64,000 bases of DNA from an uncultured Gemmatimonadales bacterium (GCA_963798085.1 CAWCRS010000005.1:128001-192000); one strand, 5' to 3'; shown: positions 53,852-63,677, counted from the first letter of the stretch. The notes: generated from the letters alone by a model not told the origin. Translations and numbers: made by a program.

Positions 53852-55642
53852 CGCGTGCCTCCGTCGTGACCGTCCGTGTTCGACGCGTCCGGCGACCGGC
53901 GCCGTGCGTTCAGCGGGAACTCGCCCATGCCCGCCACACTGATCGTGCCGCTCAGCGCATTGTCCGCGAGCCGGCCCGTGAGCGTGACGTCCATTGCCGC
54001 CATGCCGTCGGGCGTTGCCGTGCCGTGCAGCTTGAACGTCGTGCCGCTCTGCTGGCCGGTCAGGTCGGTGACCGCCATGTCCGTCCACATGCGACCCGTC
54101 AGCGCTTCACCACCCCCGCCGATCGTCAGCGTGAATGCGATGCTGGTGCCCTGGATGTCGAGCGTGCCGCCCCAATCGCCTGTCAGCGCCGCCGCTTCGG
54201 CCGGCGTCGTCGCGGCGGATGCCCTGCCGGCCTCACCGCCATCGCCCGCGCCACCGCCACGGCCGCGGCCCCCACCCTGCGGCCGACGCACCGGCGCGTC
54301 GGAAATCTCGAATTTCTCGCCCTCCACGAAGACATGGCGAACCTTGCCATCCTTCGCGAACAGATCACCCTGCGTGACCACGAGGTTGGCCCATTTTCCC
54401 GGATCAATGCTGCCCATGGCGCCGTCCAGCCCCAGCAGCTTCGCCGGCGTCAGCGTGAGCGCTCGCAGCGCTTCGTCCGGAGACAGGCCCGCCTCGATCG
54501 CGCCCAGGATGCGCTCGTGGAACTGCGCCGGACTCTCCAGGCCGAGACCCGACAGCGCGATCGGCACGCCGCCACCCACCAGCGCGGCCGCGTTGCCGCG
54601 CAAGGTACGCATCGCCGTCGAGTCCTCCGCATCCTTCTCGCGATCCGGGCCGGACATTGGCGCCACGTGCAGCTCCCACGCGCGACCGGTGACCTGAGCC
54701 GGCTGCGGGTAGTTGAGTGACACGATCACGGGACGGCCCGCAGCCTTCAGGCGATCCAGCATCTGATAGCCCTCCTGCACGCCCACGAGCGTGTAATCCG
54801 CCACACCCAGGTCTTTCGTCAATGTGAGCACCCGCTCGATATCCCAGGCGCGCGTAACCTCGAACCACACCGGCATGGCGCCGCCTGCAGCGGGCTGCAG
54901 TGCCACATCCTCCGCGTCATAGCTGGGCAGCGGCGTCGTTGTCGGGTTCTTCTGGAATGCAGCACTGACCTGCGCCGCATAGCGCGCGTCCATGAAGGAC
55001 TGGCGGATGTACGCCAGCGTCCCCATCAGCGTGGACGGGTAGCCGCCACCTCGCCGGCGGCCCAGCGCCACCTGCTGCGCCACGGGATTGCGCACCACCA
55101 GAATGTTCGGGATCACTGTCGCGCAGATCGATCGCAGTCACGCGGCCCGGGAAAATGCCGCCTGAGAACGCCAGGCCGACGGTCGTGAAGCCCGCCGCGC
55201 GCAGCGCATCGAGATCGTCATCAGCCGGATGGAAGACATCGGCCGCGGATCGGGCCGGACTCAGCTCCGGTGGTGGACCCGACGGCTCCGCGCCTCGGCC
55301 ACCCGGTGCCGGACCCTCTTCGCCGCCACCGCCGAAGCCGCCCTGCTGAATGCGCGGAAGCCCCACGCTGTTCGCCGCGTCGATCAGCCCCGGATATACC
55401 GTGAGCCCACTGAAATCCAGCGTGACCACGCCCGCTGGCACCGTGACGTGATCGCCCACTGCGTCGATGCGGCCGTCGCGCACCACCACCGTGCCGCGCT
55501 CGATCACGCGACCCGGCGCCGCCACAATGCGCACGTTGGTCAATGCGAAGTTGCGCGGCGCCACGACGTCCTGCTGCGCCGCCAACGGACTGGATGTCAG
55601 GGCTGTTGCGACGAGGATCCAGGCGAAGGATGTTCGTCTCAT
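53848..55642 (-). CDS. Amidohydrolase-family protein with extra C-terminal beta domain, ligands degenerate (indel near 55115)
   Basis: YPGLIDAANS, GYPSTLMG, GSIDPGKWANLVV. Confidence 0.82.
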
Positions 55643-55716
55643 GACGCGTCTGCTCCGGTTAGCTGGGAAGGGCGCCAACGTAGCCTCGCGCTTCCGCAGC
55701 CGCAACGGATCCAGGC

Positions 55717-55754
55717 GCAAGCAACGAGGGCTCCCCGAACGGCGGGGAGCCCTC
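55717..55754 (-). terminator. Putative terminator downstream of the lipoprotein gene
   Basis: Perfect 12-bp inverted repeat GAGGGCTCCCCG/CGGGGAGCCCTC (55726-55754); weak U-tract on the minus strand. Confidence 0.6.
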
Positions 55755-55782
55755 CATGCTCATGATGCAGAAGTCGCTTCGA

Positions 55783-56694
55783 TCAGTTGCAGTGTCCCGG
55801 CCCGGTCAGACCGCTGTTGTAGTTGTCCAGCGTTCCCGCCAGTGCAATGAACTGCTGGCGCAGAGAATTGTTGCCCTTCAGTGCGCCGATCTGCGCCGGC
55901 GTATACGTGTTGAACAGCGTCGTCGCGGTGCTGATGGCCGCATCCACCGCTGCCGTCGAACCCGCGCCCGCCAGCTTGTTCAGCACCGCAGCCATGTACT
56001 GCGGCGCGAGCTGGTAATAGGCATTGCCGGCTGGCGCGATCTGGAACACGCCAAACCACGAAGTGCCGCTCAGGAAGAATGGCGACTGCTCCGCAGACGG
56101 CTGGATCAGCGCCCAGGTCGGATCCGTGGGCGCGCCGCCCTTGAACGAATTGTTGTGCGTCTTCCAGTAGCCCTGCGTCAGCGTGCAGCCTGCGCCGGGT
56201 GCTGCTACGTTGACGAAGTTCACCGCCCAGCCCGCATCGTTGCCGAAATTGCCCACATCCACCGTCGCCGACGTCGATTTCGAATTGAGCGCCGGCACCC
56301 CTGAAACAGGGAACGAAGGCGTGGTCACGAACAGATACTGATCGACATGGTCGAACAGCGTGCCCGCCGGCAGATTGACCTCGGAGATGCGCACCTTCTG
56401 TGCATTCCCCGTCGTCGTCGCGACCACCGCGCACTGACCCGCGTCCAGCGTGAAGCTGCCACCCAGAGGCAGCGTGACGTCGCCGGTCAGCGCCGCGATC
56501 GTGAAGTTGTACGTGCCCGCGGGCCCCGTCTTGCAGGCCTCGACCTCGAAATGGTTGATCGCGTTACCGGGACTGAAAGCGAACGCCGGCGCGAACGCCG
56601 GGCGACCCGTCGCACCAACCGGGTCCTTCGCCTGCTCGCACGCGACCGCGGCCACCACGGCACACGCCGCCATTGTGAGCTGTCTTGCACCCAT
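55783..56694 (-). CDS. Hypothetical lipoprotein with beta-rich N-domain and CTLTQGYWKTH C-domain
   Basis: AGGAGG RBS; lipobox-like AVAC; Thr/Gly/Asn-rich composition. Confidence 0.75.
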   Translation of the reverse strand: MGARQLTMAACAVVAAVACEQAKDPVGATGRPAFAPAFAFSPGNAINHFEVEACKTGPAGTYNFTIAALTGDVTLPLGGSFTLDAGQCAVVATTTGNAQKVRISEVNLPAGTLFDHVDQYLFVTTPSFPVSGVPALNSKSTSATVDVGNFGNDAGWAVNFVNVAAPGAGCTLTQGYWKTHNNSFKGGAPTDPTWALIQPSAEQSPFFLSGTSWFGVFQIAPAGNAYYQLAPQYMAAVLNKLAGAGSTAAVDAAISTATTLFNTYTPAQIGALKGNNSLRQQFIALAGTLDNYNSGLTGPGHCN

Positions 56695-57151
56695 CGCCAA
56701 CCTCCTGGATTGTCGTCGAACTGTGGGGGATGTTCCTCGCCTTGGGATTCGCGGTCATAAGCGATCCTCATGCCGTCGCCCGGCAGAATCTGGCCAGGCT
56801 CGATTACGCTGGAATTTCGCCGGGCTGGCGTCCATAGCCACCAAGTTCATGCTCTCCTATATCGCGTGGTGAGACGGCAACGCCTTCGACGCCGAAAGGA
56901 CTGTCTGTCCGCCCGGAACGACGTATATCTTCCGGTAGATCATGGCCCGCTTCTTCCACTGCAGATCCACGGGCGTGCAGGACCAGTTGCGGCAGCAGCG
57001 CAGTGAATCACGCAGGCACGGCCTCGGTGGGATTGTCATCGGACCGTCAGAGTTGGGGACTGGACTCAGCGGTTGCCGAGTGCTCGATGCAACACGCCGG
57101 GAAACGGTGGGCCGCACCCGCCTGACCGACCGGCGAGTGGAGATTGAGTTG

Positions 57152-57796
57152 GTGACGACGCCAATCCGTCTGGTAATTGCCGACGATCACCCGATCGTGC
57201 TCAATGGGCTGTGCACGCTTTTCGGGAATCACGCAGGCACGGAGGTCGTGGCTCGGTGTGCCAATGGCGACCTCGCCCTGGAGGCCATCCGGCTGCACCG
57301 GCCGGAAGTCGCCATCCTCGACCTGCACATGCCCGAGCTGGGCGGGATCGAAGCCCTGCGCCGCATACGCGAGGAGCGGCTTCCGTGTCGCGTCGTTCTG
57401 CTGGCCAGTGCCATCACCGATGAGGAGGCGCTCCAGGCCGGACGTCTCGCCGTGGATGGGGTCGCGCTCAAAGCGCTCGATTCCGAGCTGCTGCTCGAAT
57501 GCGTGCACAAGGTTGCGGCTGGTGAACGCTGGCTGGAAAAACAATCAGCCGGCAGGCTCATCGACAACCTGCTGCGCGCCACCCCACGGCCCCAGCAGCC
57601 CCAGCGGCTTCTCACCACACGCGAGATCGAGTTGATACAACTGGTTGCCGCCGGACTGCGGAACAAGGAGATCTCCCAGCGACTACGCATCCAGGAAGGC
57701 ACCGTGAAGATCCACCTGCACAACATCTACGAGAAACTGGAGATCGAGAACCGCGTGCAGCTCCTGCTCTACGCGCAGGCCCGGGGCATCGCGTGA
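57152..57796 (+). CDS. NarL/LuxR-family response regulator
   Basis: IADDHPIV, ILDLHMP, LTTREIELI...GLRNKEIS...TVKIHLHNIYEKL. Confidence 0.92.
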   Translation: MTTPIRLVIADDHPIVLNGLCTLFGNHAGTEVVARCANGDLALEAIRLHRPEVAILDLHMPELGGIEALRRIREERLPCRVVLLASAITDEEALQAGRLAVDGVALKALDSELLLECVHKVAAGERWLEKQSAGRLIDNLLRATPRPQQPQRLLTTREIELIQLVAAGLRNKEISQRLRIQEGTVKIHLHNIYEKLEIENRVQLLLYAQARGIA

Positions 57797-57806
57797 GTCA
57801 CGCATC

Positions 57807-58910
57807 ATGACATCCCGTTCCAGGCGACGACTCATCGTCACGCTCTTCGCCGTGACGCTGGCCGCTCTGGGGACGCTGACGTGTTCGCCCGGCTACGTCA
57901 TCCGCGCGGGCATCGAGGAGAGTCGCATCCTGAGCCGCCGACGAGCCATCGCCGACGTCGTCGCCGACAGCAGCACCGCGCCCGGCGTGCGCGCGCAACT
58001 CGGCCTGGTCGAGCAGTCCCGCGACTATGCCGTTCGCGTCCTGCACCTGAAGGCCGGTGACAGCTACACCACGTACTCATGGGTGGACCACGACACACTG
58101 CTGCTCGTCGTGTCCGCCGCCTACAAGGATCGCTTCCAGCCGTACACCTGGTGGTTTCCCATTGTCGGCCGCGTCCCCTATAAGGGCTTCTTCGATTTCG
58201 ACGCCGCGTATCGCACGGCCGCACAACTCGACAGGCGAGGCTTCGATACGTACGTGCGCCCCAGCTCTGCGTTCAGCACGCTCGGCTTCTTCAATGACCC
58301 TGTCCTCAACACTGCGCTGCGCACGGATGACGTCGGCATTGCCTCCACTGTGATTCACGAGCTGCTGCACAACACGCTGTTCATTCCCAGCCAGGTCGCG
58401 TTCAACGAGAGCCTGGCCAGCTTCGTGGGAGATCGCGGCGCGGTGGGCTTTTTCTGCGCTCGTGATGGCGACGACGCCGAAACCTGCCATCACGCGCAGA
58501 ACGAATGGGAGGACGACCTCACGTTCGGTGCCTTCCTGTCCGACCTGGTCGACAATCTCGAACGCCTCTACGCGCGCACCGACATCGACAGCACCGCGAA
58601 GATCGCGCAGCGCGAACGCGTGTTCGCGGATGCGAAGCAGCACTTCCAGGCCGATGTCGAGCCTCGCCTGCACGCTTCCTATCGCGGCTTTACGCAGCGG
58701 CCGCTCAACAACGCCACGCTCATCGGCATCCGGCTCTACTACCGCCGGCTCGACCTGTTCGAGCAGGTCTTCGAGCACGAAGGCCGCGACCTCGTCGCTT
58801 CCATCCTCGCCATCCAGAAGGCGACCGGCGAGCATCAGGGCGACCCCTATGCCGCCGTCGAGCGCATCCTCGCCGCGCCACCGGAACCACGCCCGCCTGC
58901 GCCCGATTGA
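57807..58910 (+). CDS. Putative zinc aminopeptidase (DUF2265-like)
   Basis: WWFPIVGRVPYKGFF, STLGFFNDP, IHELLH, FNESLA. Confidence 0.85.
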   Translation: MTSRSRRRLIVTLFAVTLAALGTLTCSPGYVIRAGIEESRILSRRRAIADVVADSSTAPGVRAQLGLVEQSRDYAVRVLHLKAGDSYTTYSWVDHDTLLLVVSAAYKDRFQPYTWWFPIVGRVPYKGFFDFDAAYRTAAQLDRRGFDTYVRPSSAFSTLGFFNDPVLNTALRTDDVGIASTVIHELLHNTLFIPSQVAFNESLASFVGDRGAVGFFCARDGDDAETCHHAQNEWEDDLTFGAFLSDLVDNLERLYARTDIDSTAKIAQRERVFADAKQHFQADVEPRLHASYRGFTQRPLNNATLIGIRLYYRRLDLFEQVFEHEGRDLVASILAIQKATGEHQGDPYAAVERILAAPPEPRPPAPD

Positions 58911-58970
58911 GTGCCGGAACCGGACGGGGTATATTCCCCGATCCGATTGACAGAAGAGAGCTTGCGAGAC

Positions 58971-61466
58971 ATGAGCGACCGGAAGCGCGATCCCTACCGT
59001 CCCGCCGACGTCGAGGAAAAATGGCAGCGCACATGGCAGGAGCGCGGCAGCAACACGCGCTCTGACGAAGTGCTGGCAACAGCGCCGCGGCCGTTCTACA
59101 ACCTCATGATGTTCCCCTACCCGTCCGCCGAAGGCCTGCACGTCGGCAACATGTACGCCTTCACCGGCGCCGACATCTACGGCCGCTGGCGGCGCCTGCA
59201 GGGCGAGGACGTGTTCGAGCCCATCGGCTTCGATGCCTTCGGCATCCACTCGGAGAACTTCGCGCTCAAGATGGGCGTCCACCCGATGGAGCTGATTCCC
59301 CGCAATGTCGCCAACTTCACGCGCCAGCTGCACCGCATCGGCGCGATGTACGACTGGAATCACACGGTCAATACCACCGACCCGGCGTACTACAAGTGGA
59401 CCCAGTGGCTCTTCGTGCAGCTGTTCCGCCAGGGTCTGGCCGAAAAACGCGAGGCGCCCGTCAACTGGTGCCCCTCCTGCAAGACCGTGCTGGCCAATGA
59501 ACAGGTCATTGCGGGCGCCTGCGAACGCTGCGGCACACCGGTCGAGCAGCGCTTCCTCTCGCAGTGGTTCTTCCGCATTACCGCGTACGCGCAGCGCCTG
59601 CTCGACAACCTGTCCTGGATCGACTGGTCGGACACCACCAGGCGAGCCCAGGAAAACTGGATCGGCAGAAGCGATGGCGCCGAGCTGCACTTCCCCATCG
59701 CCCGGCCACACCTCACCCCGGACATCCATGCGCCCGCGGCGCTGCACGCCGGCGACCACCGCATTACGGTGTTCACGACGCGCCCTGACACGGTGTTTGG
59801 CGCCACCTTCATGGTGCTGGCGCCCGAGCATCCGCTGGTGGAGACAATCACCACCGGGCACCAGCGAGCCGAGGTGGACGCCTACCGCGAGCTGGTCGCG
59901 TCCATGGACCTGGTCGCGCGCCGCAAGACCGACAAGCGCAAGACCGGCGTCTTCACGGGCAGCCATTGCGTGAATCCGGCCACCGGCGAGGAGATACCGG
60001 TCTGGATCGCCGACTACGTGCTCATGGACTACGGCACCGGCGCCATCATGGCGGTGCCCGGTCACGACGAGCGCGATTTCGAGTTCGCCACAGACTTCGG
60101 TCTGCCCATTGTGCGTGTGGTCGCCGAATCCACGGATCAGGCGACGACGCCGCTCGATGCGCCGTACACCGGACCCGGCGTGCTGGTGAACTCCAACCGG
60201 TTCTCCGGCATGGACGCGCAGGATGCGGTGGGCGCCATCACGGCATGGCTGCAGGAACGCAAGCTGGGTGAGCCGCGCGTGAACTTCCGCATCCACGACT
60301 GGTGCATTTCACGCCAGCGCTACTGGGGCCCACCCATCCCCGTGATCTACTGCGACCAGTGTGGCGCCGTGCCGGTCCCCGAAAAGGACCTGCCCGTCGT
60401 GCTGCCATGGGTGGAGAACTACAAGCCGGATGAGAGCGGCATCAGTCCGCTGGCACGCGTCGAGGAATGGTATCGCGTACCCTGCCCGCAGTGCGGCGAG
60501 GAAGGCCGCCGCGAAACCGATGTGAGCGATACGTTCCTGGACAGCGCATGGTACTTCCTGCGCTATCCGTCAGCCCATCGCGAGGACATTGCGTTCGATG
60601 CGCAGCTCACCGCGAAGTGGCTGCCCGTCGACATGTACATTGGCGGTGAGGAGCATGCCGTGCTCCACCTGCTGTACAGCCGCTTCGTCACCATGGCGCT
60701 GCACGATGCCGGGCTGCTGCCCTTCGAGGAGCCGTACACCACCTTCCGCAAGCACGGGCTGCTGATCAAGGAAGGCTCCAAGATGTCGAAGAGCCGCGGC
60801 AACGTGGTGATCCCGGACAGGTACATCGAGCAGTGGGGCGCAGACACATTCCGCACCTACCTCATGTTCCTGGGACCCTACCAGGAAGGCGGCGATTTCC
60901 GCGACCAGGGACTGCAGGGCCCGTTCGGCTTCCTGAGCCGGCTCTGGGAGACCGTAGTTCCCGTGGAAGAGCTGGGCACGGCCCCGGTGAGCGGCGCTCT
61001 GGAGCAGAAGCTGCACGCCACCATACGCAAGGTGACCGAAGACATTGCCGGCCTGCACTACAACACCGCGATTGCTGCGCTGATGGAGTACCTCAACGCG
61101 GTGCGTGAGGGCGGCCGGCAGCCCAATCGCGCCGAGGTGGAGCCCGTGGTTCCGCTGGTCGCGCCGTTCGCGCCGCATATCGCGGAGGAGTTGTGGCAGC
61201 GCCTGGGCCATCCTAACGGTCTGTTCGATGGCCACGCGGCCTGGCCCGCCTTTGATCCGGCAAAGGCGACCGCTGATGTCGTCGAGCTGGTGGTGCAGGT
61301 CAACGGCAAGGTGCGCGCGCGGCTCAGCCTGCCGCGCGGTACCAGCGAAGCTGCCGCACGCAGCGCCGCACTCGGTGACGAGAACGTCGCCCGCTTCCTG
61401 AATGGCGGCACCGTGCACAAGGTGATCTTCGTGCCCGACCGGCTGCTCAATCTCGTGATTCGCTGA
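58971..61466 (+). CDS. leuS: Leucyl-tRNA synthetase
   Basis: MFPYPSAEGLHVGN, FTTRPDT editing domain, SRQRYWG, KMSKSRGN, VVQVNGKVR. Confidence 0.97.
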   Translation: MSDRKRDPYRPADVEEKWQRTWQERGSNTRSDEVLATAPRPFYNLMMFPYPSAEGLHVGNMYAFTGADIYGRWRRLQGEDVFEPIGFDAFGIHSENFALKMGVHPMELIPRNVANFTRQLHRIGAMYDWNHTVNTTDPAYYKWTQWLFVQLFRQGLAEKREAPVNWCPSCKTVLANEQVIAGACERCGTPVEQRFLSQWFFRITAYAQRLLDNLSWIDWSDTTRRAQENWIGRSDGAELHFPIARPHLTPDIHAPAALHAGDHRITVFTTRPDTVFGATFMVLAPEHPLVETITTGHQRAEVDAYRELVASMDLVARRKTDKRKTGVFTGSHCVNPATGEEIPVWIADYVLMDYGTGAIMAVPGHDERDFEFATDFGLPIVRVVAESTDQATTPLDAPYTGPGVLVNSNRFSGMDAQDAVGAITAWLQERKLGEPRVNFRIHDWCISRQRYWGPPIPVIYCDQCGAVPVPEKDLPVVLPWVENYKPDESGISPLARVEEWYRVPCPQCGEEGRRETDVSDTFLDSAWYFLRYPSAHREDIAFDAQLTAKWLPVDMYIGGEEHAVLHLLYSRFVTMALHDAGLLPFEEPYTTFRKHGLLIKEGSKMSKSRGNVVIPDRYIEQWGADTFRTYLMFLGPYQEGGDFRDQGLQGPFGFLSRLWETVVPVEELGTAPVSGALEQKLHATIRKVTEDIAGLHYNTAIAALMEYLNAVREGGRQPNRAEVEPVVPLVAPFAPHIAEELWQRLGHPNGLFDGHAAWPAFDPAKATADVVELVVQVNGKVRARLSLPRGTSEAAARSAALGDENVARFLNGGTVHKVIFVPDRLLNLVIR

Positions 61467-61551
61467 GCTGCGGTGCGCGCCCGACTGCGGAGGCCGCCGC
61501 AGGACGGCGCGCGCTTCGCAGGCAGACGCGTCGATGCGCCGTTCCCTTCCG

Positions 61552-61581
61552 TTGACACCCCCCCTGCTTCGCCTTTATTTT
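61552..61581 (+). promoter_or_regulatory. Putative sigma70 promoter of the tRNA array
   Basis: TTGACA at 61552-61557 and TATTTT at 61576-61581, just upstream of tRNA-fMet. Confidence 0.6.
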
Positions 61582-61592
61582 ACCCGTCTTGC

Positions 61593-61666
61593 CGCGGGGT
61601 GGAGCAGTCTGGTAGCTCGCCGGGCTCATAACCCGGAGGTCGCGGGTTCAAATCCCGCCCCCGCCA
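61593..61666 (+). tRNA. tRNA-fMet (CAT), initiator
   Basis: Unpaired 1:72 position, three G-C pairs in the anticodon stem, CTCATAA loop. Confidence 0.95.
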
Positions 61667-61843
61667 TAAGCGCCGTGAGTGCGGCGCGTGCGGTCCCTGG
61701 CTTCAGCGAGTGCATATGTCGCAAACGTCGTTCCGTCGCGCCCGACCGTACGCCGGCGCTCCGCGCACGGCGGGCGATGAAGTCTGGCCGGGAACCGCGG
61801 GAGAGGCCTGACAGACGACGCGTCCCTGACGCTCGACTCTCCC

Positions 61844-61877
61844 GCCCGCGCCGCTCGAGCCGCGCGGGCTTCTTGTT
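61844..61877 (+). terminator. Terminator-like hairpin between tRNA-fMet and tRNA-Phe
   Basis: GCCCGCGC/GCGCGGGC stem followed by TTCTTGTT. Confidence 0.45.
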
Positions 61878-61907
61878 CCCGGGTCCGTCGTCACACCGGG
61901 AACGCCG

Positions 61908-61980
61908 GGCCAGGTAGCTCAGTTGGTAGAGCACACGACTGAAAATCGTGGTGTCGGCAGTTCAATTCTGCCCCTGGCCA
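61908..61980 (+). tRNA. tRNA-Phe (GAA)
   Basis: Cloverleaf; CACGA-CTGAAAA-TCGTG. Confidence 0.95.
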
Positions 61981-62050
61981 CTTGCCGTTGGGAACGCTGC
62001 CTCGCGGCACCGGCAGCACGACGGGTCGGACCGCTGGACCGGGGGCGTGA

Positions 62051-62123
62051 ACGTCCGTAGCTCAATTGGTAGAGCACCGGTCTCCAAAACCGGGGGTTGC
62101 GGGTTCGATTCCCTCCGGACGTG
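62051..62123 (+). tRNA. tRNA-Trp (CCA)
   Basis: Cloverleaf; CCGGT-CTCCAAA-ACCGG; one T-stem mismatch. Confidence 0.93.
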
Positions 62124-62284
62124 TGTGGCCGAGACTGGTGCAGGCGTCGAGAAGCGGGCCGGAGACATCAGTCTCGGCGCGACGGAACGAAATCGAGGGC
62201 GCGGCAGCCTCCGGCGAGGGTTTCGCTGGATGGGAAGGGCCCGCCGTCCTGCGGGCGTCGGGCTCGCGAGGGAAAGGCGAAACG

Positions 62285-62357
62285 GCCCCCATCGTCTAGT
62301 GGCCCAGGACATCTGGTTCTCAGCCAGAAAACCGGGGTTCGATTCCCCGTGGGGGTA
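62285..62357 (+). tRNA. tRNA-Glu (CTC)
   Basis: Cloverleaf; TCTGG-TTCTCAG-CCAGA. Confidence 0.93.
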
Positions 62358-62403
62358 TGGAGGTTGACAGAGCGCCCGGGAGTTTGGCGGGATCAGGGGC
62401 CCG

Positions 62404-62476
62404 GCTCGCGTAGCTCAGCCGGCAGAGCACTTCCTTGGTAAGGAAGAGGCCACGGGTTCGAGTCCCGTCGCGAGCT
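62404..62476 (+). tRNA. tRNA-Thr (GGT)
   Basis: Cloverleaf; CTTCC-TTGGTAA-GGAAG. Confidence 0.95.
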
Positions 62477-62604
62477 TCGGATGCAAGGTGGGGCGAGCTG
62501 GAGGTCGGAGTTGCCGGGCGCGAGCGATGCGGCGCTCGCGCGACGGGGACCTGCTGGGACGCGGCTCGCGAGAATTGGAACGGGCTCGCACGCGAACGCA
62601 ACGG

Positions 62605-62676
62605 GCCCCCATCGTCTAACGGTCAGGACGCCACTCTTTCAAGGTGGAGACCGGGGTTCGATTCCCCGTGGGGGCG
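62605..62676 (+). tRNA. tRNA-Glu (TTC)
   Basis: Cloverleaf; CCACT-CTTTCAA-GGTGG. Confidence 0.93.
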
Positions 62677-62705
62677 TGGTCGCAAACGGGTGGGTGCACA
62701 GGAGC

Positions 62706-62778
62706 GCGGGCGTAGCTCAGTTGGTAGAGCGTCTGCTTGCCATGCAGAAGGTCGCCGGTTCGAGTCCGGTCGCCCGCT
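62706..62778 (+). tRNA. tRNA-Gly (GCC)
   Basis: Cloverleaf; TCTGC-TTGCCAT-GCAGA; U73. Confidence 0.95.
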
Positions 62779-62812
62779 GGTCGGGATCCCGCAGCGGGGA
62801 TCCATTGGTTCA

Positions 62813-62886
62813 GGGGCTGTAGCTCAGCTGGTTAGAGTGCCGGTCTGTCACACCGGAGGTCGCGGGTTCGAGTCCCGTCAGCCCCG
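62813..62886 (+). tRNA. tRNA-Asp (GTC)
   Basis: Cloverleaf; CCGGT-CTGTCAC-ACCGG; G73. Confidence 0.95.
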
Positions 62887-62957
62887 CTTGAGCCGGATTC
62901 GGTTGCTTGACAATATCGGGTCGGGTCCACGCGGAGCGGGTTGCCGTTCCCGTTTCG

Positions 62958-63030
62958 GGGGCTGTAGCTCAGTTGGGAGAGCGCCTGAATGGCATTCAGG
63001 AGGTCAGGGGTTCGACTCCCCTCAGCTCCA
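62958..63030 (+). tRNA. tRNA-Ala (GGC)
   Basis: Cloverleaf; G3-U70; CCTGA-ATGGCAT-TCAGG. Confidence 0.95.
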
Positions 63031-63053
63031 TTTCCTCGAGACATTGAGGCGAA

Positions 63054-63137
<84 letters not shown>

Positions 63138-63174
63138 TCAAGCGGCCACAGCCACTGCCGCCGGATCGCTTCCG

Positions 63175-63258
63175 GCCCACGTGCTGGAATTGGCAGACAG
63201 GCTGGTTTGAGGGACCAGTGCCGGAAACGGCGTACAGGTTCGAGTCCTGTCGTGGGCA
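63175..63258 (+). tRNA. tRNA-Leu (GAG)
   Basis: Long variable arm; CTGGT-TTGAGGG-ACCAG. Confidence 0.95.
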
Positions 63259-63271
63259 TGGCGCCTTTCAA

Positions 63272-63631
63272 GCCGCAAGCCCGACGCCCGGAGGCGGCGG
63301 GCCCTTACCATGCAGGCGCGATTGTAGCCAGGCGATGAACCGCGCGCCGCAAGCCCGACGCCCGGAGGCGGCGGGCCCTTACCATGCAGGCGCGATTGTA
63401 GCCAGGCGATGAACCGCGCGCCGCAAGCCCGACGCCCGGAGGCGGCGGGCCCTTACCATGCAGGCGCGATTGTAGCCAGGCGATGAACCGCGCGCCGCAA
63501 GCCCGACGCCCGGAGGCGGCGGGCCCACACCATGCAGGCGCGATTGTAGCGCAGGCGATGAACCGCGCGCCGCAAGCCCGACGCCCGGAGGCGGCGGGCC
63601 CACACCATGCAGGCGCGATTGTAGCGCAGGC
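63272..63631. repeat. Tandem repeat, about 4.8 copies of a 74-75 bp unit with an internal hairpin
   Basis: Units start at 63272, 63346, 63420, 63494, 63569; hairpin GCCCGACGCC-cgga-GGCGGCGGGC in each. Confidence 0.95.
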
Positions 63632-63677
63632 ACGCGCGGCTGGAGCACCCGTCGTCGCTTTCCATAACAGCAGGTTA

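Noticed and set aside
61780..61805. T-box or 6S RNA identity for the fMet-Phe spacer
   Set aside because: GGGAACCGCG lacks the U of the UGGN bulge, and I could not establish a 6S-type closing stem with a central bubble; left as unknown structure
62364..62912. Internal TTGACA hexamers at 62364 and 62907 as promoters
   Set aside because: No plausible -10 box at 16-18 bp spacing
63272..63631. CRISPR array
   Set aside because: Whole units are repeated with no unique spacers, and there are no cas genes in the window
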